Both the position numbers and the translations under genes were made by a program. The notes beneath the pieces are model-generated. The model ran no database searches and was not told the DNA's origin. It saw only the letters and a list, made by a program, of their open reading frames with translations. Shown piece by piece: positions 24,627 through 35,980 of a stretch of 64,000 nucleotides of DNA; position 1 is the stretch's first letter; every line of letters begins with the position of its first letter. The DNA is from Octopus sinensis. Its lineage: Eukaryota. Location: contig NC_043019.1 in NCBI RefSeq assembly GCF_006345805.1, positions 3,844,001 through 3,908,000 on the forward strand. The letters run 5' to 3'.

Positions 24627-24758
24627 GAAATTGATGGCAAATCGCTGTTACTGATGAAGCGCGATGATGTACTGGTCGGTCTGCGGGACTACATCTGTTT
24701 AGGGCCGGCCCTGAAGATTTTCAAACATGTCGAGAGGTTACAGTGGGCCTCTGAATAG
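24627..24758 (+). CDS. Terminal exon 6 of DPF+SAM gene: SAM domain C-half
   Basis: (ct)n tttcag|GAA ATT...GAA TAG; [43 protein letters not shown], closely resembling SAMD1 [30 protein letters not shown]. Confidence 0.93.
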   Translation, partial: EIDGKSLLLMKRDDVLVGLRDYICLGPALKIFKHVERLQWASE

Positions 24759-24959
24759 TCACCCCGTTTTCTCCTACACCTCAACTCAACTCAACCTCCT
24801 TGATGGACGGACGGATGGACAGATGGATGGATGGAGCCAAGCAATGTTACGGATGTGATAGTGAAGAACTGATTAACTGACAACGATGAGGAGGAGGAAA
24901 GGAGGAGGAGGAGGAGGAGGAAGAGGAAAACTTATTGAACTTCCACCCAACATGATTCA

Positions 24960-25412
24960 AAACTGTGTGTGTGTGTGTATGTGTACATATTCATATATAT
25001 GTATATGCATGTGTGTATATACATATGTATGTGTGTATCTATAAATCTATGTGTGAATATATATATATGTATGGTGAATGTGTATGTACACATAAACACA
25101 TGCACACAAACACACATAGGTGTACTTACACCTGTATATTTGTATATATTGTAATTTGAGCTGAACAGGTGCAGGGAGATTTTATTTTATTTTTTGTTTT
25201 AAATCTCACTGTTCTGCACAATGTTGACTCTGTGTCAGAGTGTAAAATATGAGATGAGCAACGAGATGTGATTTTTATATATATATATATATATACACAC
25301 ACACATATATATGTATACATGTATATATATGTGTATATATATATATATATATTATATATATATATATATTATATATATATATTATATATATATATATGTG
25401 TATATATATATA

Positions 25413-25443
<31 letters not shown>

Positions 25444-25651
25444 GTGTATATATATATGTATACATGTGTATGTATATATATATATATATATTATGTGTAT
25501 ATATACACACATATATTCACACACACATACATACATATGTATCTATGTTTTTTGGGATAGTGTATGTTATGTATCTATTTATACATATATTGATACATAT
25601 TGTGTATGTGTATATACATATATACATACATATATATATATATATATATAA

Positions 25652-25693
<42 letters not shown>

Positions 25694-26859
25694 TAATATA
25701 TATATATATAATATTAAATATTCAAACATTTATTGATAAAACAAAACAAGCAAACTTTACATAAACCTTCTGCATTTGAAATGTTTGTATTTTTTTTAAT
25801 ATTGTTATTGTTGATAATTCAATGAAGCCAAGGATTTTTTATACATTGTTTTGTTAGTGCACCTCCCCACACCTCTCTTACACCTCTTTATATCTCTTTA
25901 CACACCACCTACCACCATTCCTTTACCTTTTTTCTTACACCTACCACATCATCACTATCACCACTTCTTCTCCCTTCTACCACCATTCTTAGATCCAGTT
26001 ATACCACCTCCAATACCTCTACCCACTCTGTCGTGTCTTGCTCCGCTAGACAATGACTTCTGGCATTTCTGTGTTATGTCTTCAAACATCTCCCAATTCA
26101 ACTGACCTTCGAACCTCTGTTTCAGCACTAACACTAACTACCCACCAAAATGCACTCCTCCTTTTTTATGTGTCCTACCTTAAGGCAGCAAACTGGCAGA
26201 ATTGTTAGAGAGTCCAATGAAATGTCTTGCAGTAATTCTGTTCTGGCACTCTCTGAGTTCAAATCCTACCACAGTCAACTTCGCCTTTTCATCCTTTTGA
26301 GGATTCACAAATAAAGAACCATACCGGTTTCAACCGGCGATGATTCATTGATTGTTTGTTTCTCTTTGGTTTCTACCTGTATTTCAAACGACCAGCCTTA
26401 TCATATTGTAATTGTGTCACGCTGATGTAATCTGAGAATTTATTTGTTACGGCTACATGTGTCCAGGAATTTAGTTGGTCAAATGACCGAACATGCATTA
26501 TGGAGACTCATGGAGAATTCACCATCTGTCTTTCCTTTGTAACTGTTGACACAGATCTAGAATAGCGTCCCATCACTACAGCTGTTCCTTTCCAAAGTTT
26601 ATGTACCCACATCCAGTAGCACATGTACACAACTGTTTATACCAATCTATGTGTACCCTACTATCTCAAACAAGTGTACCCCTTTTTCTCTATTTAGGTA
26701 TCTACCATGAGATATACTGAGATACTTCATATAACGCTACCCCTTGTCTACAAGAGTCTATACCAATATATAGGTACCCAGATTAACTTGGTCTAGTATA
26801 TTCCTTTGTTTAGCTATCATCCACGAGATGTATCCAGATCTTATGTATATATATGTGTG

Positions 26860-26890
<31 letters not shown>

Positions 26891-27620
26891 TTGTGTTTGT
26901 ATATATACACATATATACATATATATATTTATATATATATATACTTACATATATGCATACATTTATATACATATATATATATTTATATACATACATTTAT
27001 ATGCATATATATGTATTTATATACACACATATATATATATATATACATAGTCAGAAATACCCAGATCTAATAAATAATGATAGTACCCCTTAGTCTGCAG
27101 TTGTTTTTATGCTAAGTACCCTATAAATGAGATGTAACATATACCCACCTTCCCTGCACAGTGTTACCGTTCTTTAGTTCTGTCTACCCCACTAGTACAA
27201 CTAAATTCTCACCTATCCCTCACCCTACACTTTATTCCAGATCCTAAACAGTCATTCCTCCGTTTGTAACCCCTCTTCTTCGTGGGGGCAGATCCTTATC
27301 TTCAAAGCTTCTGGCCTCATTTGTTGACCCTCTAGAGGCCTGGGGCTAAAATGTGTGACCAAATATGAATTATATGTATATTAGTGGCCATGTGCTCATG
27401 TGTATCTGTTTGTTTTTTGTGTATGTGTTTGTATGCAGATATACATATGGACACACGGACACACAAATTTCTTCGTCAAAGGCATACCAGTTATATGTTT
27501 CTGTGTGTGCATATGTGTATAGATGTGCATGTTTATGATGTATGTGTGTATATACATGTGTGTTTATGTGTGAATGTGAATAAATGTTTCTGTGTATGTA
27601 CATGCATATGTGTATCTGTA

Positions 27621-27669
<49 letters not shown>

Positions 27670-27955
27670 TCCATCCTGTTGAAAAATTAAGCACCAGAAA
27701 GTATACCTTGTATATATATATATATATATATATACGCACACACACACACACATATATGTGTGTGTGTGTCTGTATGATGTTCACGTTTCTCTATGTGCAC
27801 ACTTATATGTGATTGGGTGTATATCATACACATGCATGTGTGAATGTATGCTTGTGTGTGTATATTTGTATATCATATATATATATATAATATATATAGA
27901 TTTTATATTATATGTATATTATATATATATATTCTATATATAATATATATATATG

Positions 27956-27996
<41 letters not shown>

Positions 27997-28240
27997 GTAT
28001 GTATATTATATATATATATATATTATATATATATATATTATATTATGTATATATATTATATATATGTATGTATATTATATATATATATATGTATATTATG
28101 TATATATTATTATACATATATTATGTATATATTATTATATATATATTATGTATATATTATTATATATATATCATGTATATATTATGTATATATATATTAT
28201 TATATATATAGATATGTATTATATATATAAATATATATGT
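24960..28240. repeat. Compound (TA)/(TG)/(TATG) microsatellite fields, interspersed with other sequence (similar tracts at 32870, 33730, 37990, 43010, 50885, 51530 GATA, 61909)
   Basis: Direct reading; source of most IY-rich ORFs. Confidence 0.93.
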
Positions 28241-28367
28241 ATTGACATTATGATCCAGTTTCAACAAATGAAGTTATACAAAGAACCAGTTCTTTCATAT
28301 TTGACTGCTGCACTGTAGTCCACTGCTGCTGCTGTGATGTTTTATATTATTGCCATTATTATCATCA

Positions 28368-28398
<31 letters not shown>

Positions 28399-28429
28399 AC
28401 ACACCAGATTAGACTGTTGGAAAAGAAAA

Positions 28430-28680
28430 AAAAAATTCCGAACATTAGGTTACAACAAGTAACCTTAGATGCCAAGAACCCTCCTAAGTACCCTAGCCTG
28501 TCCCTAATAACCCTGTTTTCTGGAGCTGTATGAAACTGGGTTTTATGCCCCTTTCCTCTATCCATCTGTTCAGATCTTTAGGGATCGTTCCCAGTTCACC
28601 TATAACTACTGGGGTACATTTTACCCGCACTTTCCATAGACTCTGTAATTCAAGGGCTAGGTCCTGGTACCTAGATATTT
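28430..28680 (-). mobile_element. RLE-type (R4/Dong-like) LINE 3' remnant between (TAA)n tracts
   Basis: Hand translation: YQDLALELQSLWKVRVKCTPVVIGELGTIPKDLNRWIEE.GIKPSFIQLQKTGLLGT, the C-terminal RLE signature. Confidence 0.75.
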
Positions 28681-30583
28681 TTTATATACTTTTCATATTA
28701 GTTTTTATTTTCATCATTTGGTACTGTAAAGTCAATTATAATAATAATAATAATTATTATTATTATTATTATTGCTGTTACTATTATTATAATTGTTGTT
28801 GTTGTTGTTGTGGTACCATAGCCAGTGAGGTAATGACTGCCCCCTGCCATCACCCCACTCCTTACTTCCCAGGCATCATGATTGCTTGTTGGAAATTATA
28901 GCAATTTTCTTAAATACCAGCTCACTCCTCTCCTCTCTTTAGTGGTGGCCTTCATGTAACAAGTGCTGTTGGTTTTGGTTGGAAATATCTTGGGGGAATC
29001 AAGTTCTGATGTCTTTTTTCTTTTTTCTCTGTTTTAATTCCTGTTATTATATACTTCGTTACATGCAATGTGGTAAAATGTTTAAGAAGTTCACGTTGCA
29101 ACTGTGGGGTTCCAGGTTCAATTTTAAAACAATCCTGAACAAAAAGTCATTTCTATAGCCTCGTGACAAGCCCATATCTTTTGAGCGAAATTAGGTGGAA
29201 GGAAACTGTGTATTAAAGCCTGTCAGGTGGATTGCACCTGCACCTGTAATTCCAAAAGGTGCAGACAATTACTTTAAAGGGTAGACATCATCATCATCAT
29301 CATCATCATCATCGTTTAACGTCCGCTTTCCATGCTAGCATGGGTTGGACGATTTTGACTGAGGACTGGCGAACCAGATGGCTGCACCAGGCTCCCAATC
29401 TTGATCTGGCAGAGTTTCTACAGCTGGATGCCCTTCCTAAAGCCAACCACTCCAAGAGTGTAGTGGGTGCTTTTACGTGCCACCGGCACGAGGGCCGGCC
29501 AGGCGGTACTGGCAACGGCCACACTCAAATGGTGCTTTTTATGTGCCACCTGCACAGGAGTCAGTCCAGCGGCACTGGCAACGACCTCCCTCGAATGTTT
29601 TTTTTTTCCGTTAAATTAATTGTCTTACTCAGAGTTTCTACAGCTGGATGCTCTTCCTAACGCCAACCACTCCGAGAGTGTAGTGGGTACTTTGTCTGTG
29701 GAATATTCATCCACGTCTATATTGTTCAGTCAAGAGCAGATAATTCAGTGGATCAAACAACTGAATCTTTATCATTGAATGGCAGCGATCCTCTACCATC
29801 ACCACAACCTACTTCACTGCACCACAGTACACTATGTACTGGACTACATTACATTATCCCACACTATATTATACTCCACTATAAAAACAATACACTGTAC
29901 TGCATTTTACTGCAGCTGCACCACACATACTGCATCATCATTCACTATACTATACAACAGTATACTATTCTGTGAAAGCATATGGCCTAGCGGTTAGGAT
30001 ATTCAGCCCACGATTGTAAGGTCATTGGTTCGATCCCCAGCAGCATGTTGGGCCCTTGAGCAAGACTTTGCCTTTCATCCTTTCAGGGTCGATAAATTAA
30101 GTACCAGTTATGCACTGGGGTCGATATAATTGACTTAATCCATTTGTCTGTCCTTCTTTGTCCTCTCTGTGAAATAGGTGTTATTGGGTCAGCCCTCTAA
30201 AGAAATAGGTGTTATTGGGTCAGCCCTCTAACCTTTTTATCTGTTTTATTTTTTCCACTGTCCATGTTGTTGCTGTACAAATGCCAAAATATGAGTTACC
30301 AGGTGGAACTGATCCAACTGTAAGTGGTTATAATGCCGCAGTTGGATTTTGCTTCTCTGAAGATTTCTTCATTTGCAATTCTGTCAATGTCAGGTGACTT
30401 TAAGGATCTTCCACGGGCTCTGTCAGTGCAATGTGCCCTGTTTTTCTGTCCACCTTTTCTTATCATTTTTCATGTTTCACTGCCATACAGAACTGTTGAC
30501 AGATCAACCGTACTACAATAACTGACCCCTTATTTCAGAGAAAGTGCTACTGTTGTCCAGATCAGGCACAGAAGCTAGAATAT

Positions 30584-30755
30584 GGCTACAGCATGGCCAA
30601 TTCTGCTTAGCACATCACTACTTGATGGCTACAGCATGGCCAATTCTGCTTTGCACATCACTACTTGATGGCTACAGCATGGCCAATTCTGCTTAGCACA
30701 TCACTACTTGATGGCTACAGCATGGCCAATTCTGCTTTGCACATCACTACTTGAT
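30584..30755. repeat. 4 x 43-bp minisatellite
   Basis: GGCTACAGCATGGCCAATTCTGCTT(A/T)GCACATCACTACTTGAT with alternating A/T variant. Confidence 0.95.
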
Positions 30756-30946
30756 CATGCTGCCCAGGTAGGGGGACACTTCACAGCAGTATACACCTAT
30801 ACTCGTTTATCACAGGTGTTCAGTTAAAAAAGAAAAAAAAAACACCATGTTAAACGAATCAGTAATAAACGAATTATAATTTTCATTGTAAGCCTCCCAT
30901 GTTGTTCCCCTAATTTACTCCCGAAACATTTCAAAACCGTTTTTTA

Positions 30947-31167
30947 CCCTTTAGCATTCAGATTACTCTGTCAAATGTAAAGCCTGTTTAATTACATTGT
31001 TTTAAATTAATTGTACAGCATCTTGTAACTCTGAGATTTTGATGATGTCCCTGTTTATTTTTAAAATGGCTTTGTAGGGTAGGTGTGAAAGGTCAGAGCT
31101 GGCTGGTTTGAGCATAAAACAGGAAGACAATTTGGGCCTGATACGGCCGGGTTTAAACACTAAAGGG
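30947..31167. mobile_element. piggyBac-like MITE (CCCTTTAG...CTAAAGGG, TTAA-type site)
   Basis: ttta|CCCTTTAGCATTCA ... CACTAAAGGG|ttaa; related copies at ~16290-16510 and ~39085-39290. Confidence 0.65.
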
Positions 31168-31607
31168 TTAAACACAAACAATGATATTGTTTCATGGTTG
31201 GAAAATTATTTAGAGTGAAATTCAATAACATCTAACAGTGAAAAATATTTTTCCCATTCACTGGTTGCATGTTGATGGGTATATGTATATAAATTTATAT
31301 ACTTTATTTAAAGCAACAAAAAATGATGATAGGTTGAATTTTCTGCTGCTTTAAATAAAGCATATTACTCTACCACTGGTATTTGAGTACTCTTTTTTCC
31401 ACCTTGTTTCACATTTATGTGTTTACTCCGGTATAAATTTATATATATAAAAAAAATGCTGACTTGCAGCTTGGTGCATTCTGGGTAGCTGGGCATTGTG
31501 GGTGGTTCCTGGAGCATGCCTTTGGAGTCCAAGAAGAATTTTTGACTGATTGCTGACCTGTGTTATCAAAGGTCAATTTGTGATGAGCATAACACAAATC
31601 ACAATTG

Positions 31608-32270
31608 AGTGTACTGTGTTACCCCAGATCAGGGATAAATGATGATAGATGTACCACTAGTGTTCTGTGTTACTCCAGATCAGAGATAAATGATGATATA
31701 TGTACCACTAGTGTTCTGTGTTACCCCAGATCAGGGATAAATGATGATAGATGTACCACTAGTGTTCTGTGTTACTCCAGATCAGGGATAAATGATGATA
31801 TATGTACCACTAGTGTTCTGTGTTACCCCAGATCAGGGATAAATGATGATAGATGTACCACTAGTGTTCTGTGTTACCCCAGATCAGGGATAAATGATGA
31901 TATATGTACCACTAGTGTTCTGTGTTACCCCAGATCAGGGATAAATGATGATATATGTACCACTAGTGTTCTGTGTTACCCCAGATCAGGGATAAATGAT
32001 GATAGATGTACCACTAGTGTTCTGTGTTACCCCAGATCAGGGATAAATGATAATATATGTACCACTAGTGTTCTGTGTTACCCCAGATCAGGGATAAATG
32101 ATGATAGATGTACCATGAGCGTTCTGTGTTATCCCAGATCAGGGATAAATGATGATAGATGTACCACGAGTGTTCTGTGTTACCCCAGATTTGGGATAAA
32201 TGATGATAGATGTACCACGAGTGTTCTGTGTTATCCCAGGTCAGGGATAAATGATGATAGATGTACCACC
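31608..32270. repeat. 13 x 51-bp minisatellite
   Basis: AGTGTTCTGTGTTACCCCAGATCAGGGATAAATGATGATAGATGTACCACT. Confidence 0.95.
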
Positions 32271-32957
32271 CCTGTATACTATTACACTGTATTGCACACT
32301 ATACATTATACATATCACAACCTTACACTGTACTATTAATATTCAAGGGAACAAGGGGGACATCTGTGTGGTCATATGACCTACTAGAAATAGCAGCTAA
32401 ATGTCCCAGGAATTATATTTACAGTCTTTCAGAAAATGTAGGATACTATTGAATTATATTGTCCCTGACAGATTTCAAATAAAATCCAGGATGGTCATGG
32501 CGAAATATACGTCTACTGGTTCATTGCCAATCTACAACGCAACCCCCAACACTATCACCTTCCTATAACAACCATACTATATACAACACTATTTTATCAC
32601 TATACAGCACAACTATACTATATATACTATATACCCAACACCACTATTGCCATCCAATGAATAACATCATCAACTTTGTTATATACATCACATTATCACT
32701 ATCCAGTTGGTTTAGTAAATGCATGAATATCACAACTTCAGTTACCTGTCTTTTATATGGGAGTAAAATTTAGGGATTTGTCCCCCATTTTTTTATATTG
32801 ATTTAGTGAGATGGCTGACTCCAGAAAACACTAACATTTTTGATTTTCTGATTAAAATATACACACGTGTGTGTGTGTATTTATTTATATATATATATGT
32901 ATGTATAAGCATAGACTTGTGTGTGTATGTATATATGTGTATGTATATATGTGTGTG

Positions 32958-32990
<33 letters not shown>

Positions 32991-33878
32991 GTATGTATAT
33001 ATACACATGGCCCAGTGGTTAGAGCATCGAGCTTACGATCACGAGGTTGTGAGTTCGAATCCTGGACCGGGCCGCGTGTTGTGTTCTTGAGCAAGGCACT
33101 TTATTTCATGTTGCTCCAGTTCACTCAGCTGTAGAAATGAGTTGTGATGTCACAGGTGCCAAGCTGTATCGGCCCCTTTGCCTTTCCCTTGGATAACAAC
33201 TGGTGGCGTGGAGAGAGGAGGCCGGTATGCATGGACAGCTGCTGGTCTTCCATAAACAACGTTGTCTGGACTTCTGCCTGGGAGGGTAACTTTCTAGGTA
33301 CAATCCCATGGTCAGTCATGACCGAAGGGGGTCTCAGATATATACATACACACACGCATATATATATGTACGTATATTCATAGTCAATTTATATAAACAA
33401 ACAATTCAAATAAATGGCGGTGCCTCAGCATGGCCACAGTTTGTGAGCTGAAACTAGATAAAAAAAAACATAAATAAAAATTTAAAAAAAAAAATGGATG
33501 GGAGGACATGCACAACAAATATGTATAAGCTCAATGCTCAGTAAGGAGAGAACTTGACGTTTTGAGCATAAGCTCTTTGTTGGAAAAAAGAAAGGGAGAG
33601 AAGGAATCGCCAACGGCACATGTGTAGTTACATTGGAGAAGATATTATTGTTATTATTATTATATATAGTAATAACAATAATAAACTTTGGATGGAATTT
33701 ACAAATATTTTAATCCCTATGCGAACTTAAAGGATGTATGTATGTTTATATTTTTATATATATATGTTGTCTGTGTGTATATATATATTCATTTATATAT
33801 ATATTTAGATATATATTCATTTATATATATATTTAGATATATATATTTAGATATATATTCATTTATATATATATTTAG

Positions 33879-33909
<31 letters not shown>

Positions 33910-33988
33910 TTTATATATATATTTAGATATATATATATTCATTTATATATATATTTAGATATATATATATTCATTTATATATATATTT

Positions 33989-34019
<31 letters not shown>

Positions 34020-34022
<3 letters not shown>

Positions 34023-34203
34023 GGCAAGCAACAGGTTACTTTGCCACATACCAAAAAATTAGAAATAGCAGTCAAAGACCACTTATTTCTATTTTCAACA
34101 AATATAACTCTACATAGTTATATTTGTAGAAAATAGAAATAAGTGGTCTTTGACTGCTATTTCTAATATTTCGGTATGTGGCTAAGCAACCTGTTGTTTG
34201 CCC

Positions 34204-34205
<2 letters not shown>
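34020..34205. repeat. Inverted repeat, 90-bp arms, 6-nt loop
   Basis: 34020-34109 vs 34116-34205, about 6 mismatches. Confidence 0.92.
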
Positions 34206-34236
<31 letters not shown>

Positions 34237-34462
34237 CTTTTTGAAAAGGTTCCTACTGATAATGGTTATATTTCCTTACCGAAATCTACCCGGAAATAAT
34301 TGTTGATTATAAATTAATAATTATTTACCCTTATATTATCAATATATATATATATGTATGTATGCAAAAAAGGGTGGTATATAATTAATTTAATAAAATT
34401 AATAAATTTCACCTAGTAGATTTATCGGTATGGAAAAGACCATATTTGGTAAGGGTTATAAT

Positions 34463-34598
34463 TAAGGGTTAATTGCAACAAGTTGCTCAAAACCACATAC
34501 CGAAAGTATTAGAAATAGCAGCTAAATTGATCAATTTAGCTGCTATTTCTAATACTTTCGGTATGTGGTTTTGAGCAACTTGTTGCAATTAACCCTTA
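34463..34598. repeat. Perfect 136-bp palindrome, no spacer
   Basis: 68-bp arms checked base by base; centre TTGA|TCAA at 34530/34531. Confidence 0.95.
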
Positions 34599-35364
34599 GT
34601 TATAATTATGTATGTATATGCATAAAAATGTGTATGTATCTATATACATATGCATATATATGTGTGTGGGTGTGCATTGAAATATATTGGGGAGTACAAG
34701 AGTACAGAAGGTACTCCCACTCTAAAGCAGAGTTTATTCACTTGGAGGTGATGATCCCCTCCCTTATAACTCCGAGTTTGTCGATGTATTTCCTTGTTGC
34801 CTCAAGGAAAATACTCACACAAGCTAACAACTCAGAAGTAGCTAAGAGCGAATAATAACAAACTATTAACAAATCTGTGCGTGTGTGTATAATTATATAC
34901 ATACTAATAGGTGCAGGAGTGGCTGTGTGGTAAATAGCTTGTTTACCAACCACATGGTTCCGGGTTCAGTCCCACTGCATGGCACCTTGGGCAAGTGTCT
35001 TCTACTGTAGCCTTGGGCCGATCAAAGCCTTGTGAGTGGATTTGGTAGACGGAAACTGAAAGAAGCCCGTCGTATATATGCGTTTGTATGTCTGTGTTTG
35101 TCCCCCTAGCATTGCTTGACAACCGATGCTGGTGTGTTTATGTCCCCGTTACTTAGCGGTTCGGCAAAAGAGACCGATAGAATAAGTACTGGGCTCACAA
35201 AAGAATAAGTCCTGGGTTCGAGTTGCTTGATTAAAGGCGGTGCTCCAGCATGGCCGCAGTCAAATGACTGAAACAAGTAAAAGAGTAAAAGAGATACTTA
35301 TATTATACATACATGTACATATGCTATCTCTGATATATATATACTCTTATAATAGATGTCCAGC

Positions 35365-35600
35365 CCAGCCCCTGGATACGTCGCCCGGCTCACCGATAAT
35401 CGGTGGACGCACGCAGTTGTCGAGTGGTACCTGCATGAGCGGAAACGACCACCCGTAAGACCTCCACGACGGTGGAGTTACGATTTCAGGAGGACGATTG
35501 GGATCACGTGGATGAGAAAGGTGTGATCCAGGGTGGAGTGGACAGCGTGCTGTGTGTGACCAGCGGTGTCAAATGGACGCCCGACGGACTGGTCGGTCAA
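35365..35600 (+). mobile_element. RTE-like LINE RT C-terminal remnant
   Basis: GYVARLTDNRWTHAVVEWYLHERKRPPVRPPRRWSYDFRRTIGITWMRK. Confidence 0.75.
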
Positions 35601-35850
35601 GGTGATAATAGATGTACACTGATGAGATGGAAGGAATATGTCAATCTCGTTCAAACGTGGGATAAACTCATTAGAAGGAAGATAGAATTAATATCAAAAT
35701 GGTTCAGGCAGAATATTTCATTCGAAAGGTATACATACATATATATATATATATAAATATATTTACAATCATACACACAAACATGTATGCATACATTTAT
35801 ATATAAATACACACCGTTCTCACAACTAGCCTCACCTTTCAACTACACAC

Positions 35851-35888
<38 letters not shown>

Positions 35889-35949
35889 ATATCTACATGT
35901 ATATGGTTCATTTTATATATTATTGTAAAAATAACAATTTATGATGGTG

Positions 35950-35980
<31 letters not shown>

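Noticed and set aside
31608-32270. CRISPR-like array or snoRNA cluster (ATGATGA box C motif)
   Set aside because: Contiguous units without unique spacers, no box D on the same strand, and eukaryotic context.
35619-35660. CTGATGAGAT...ATCTC as a hammerhead
   Set aside because: It is followed by GTTCAAAC rather than GAAA, with no stem I or III.
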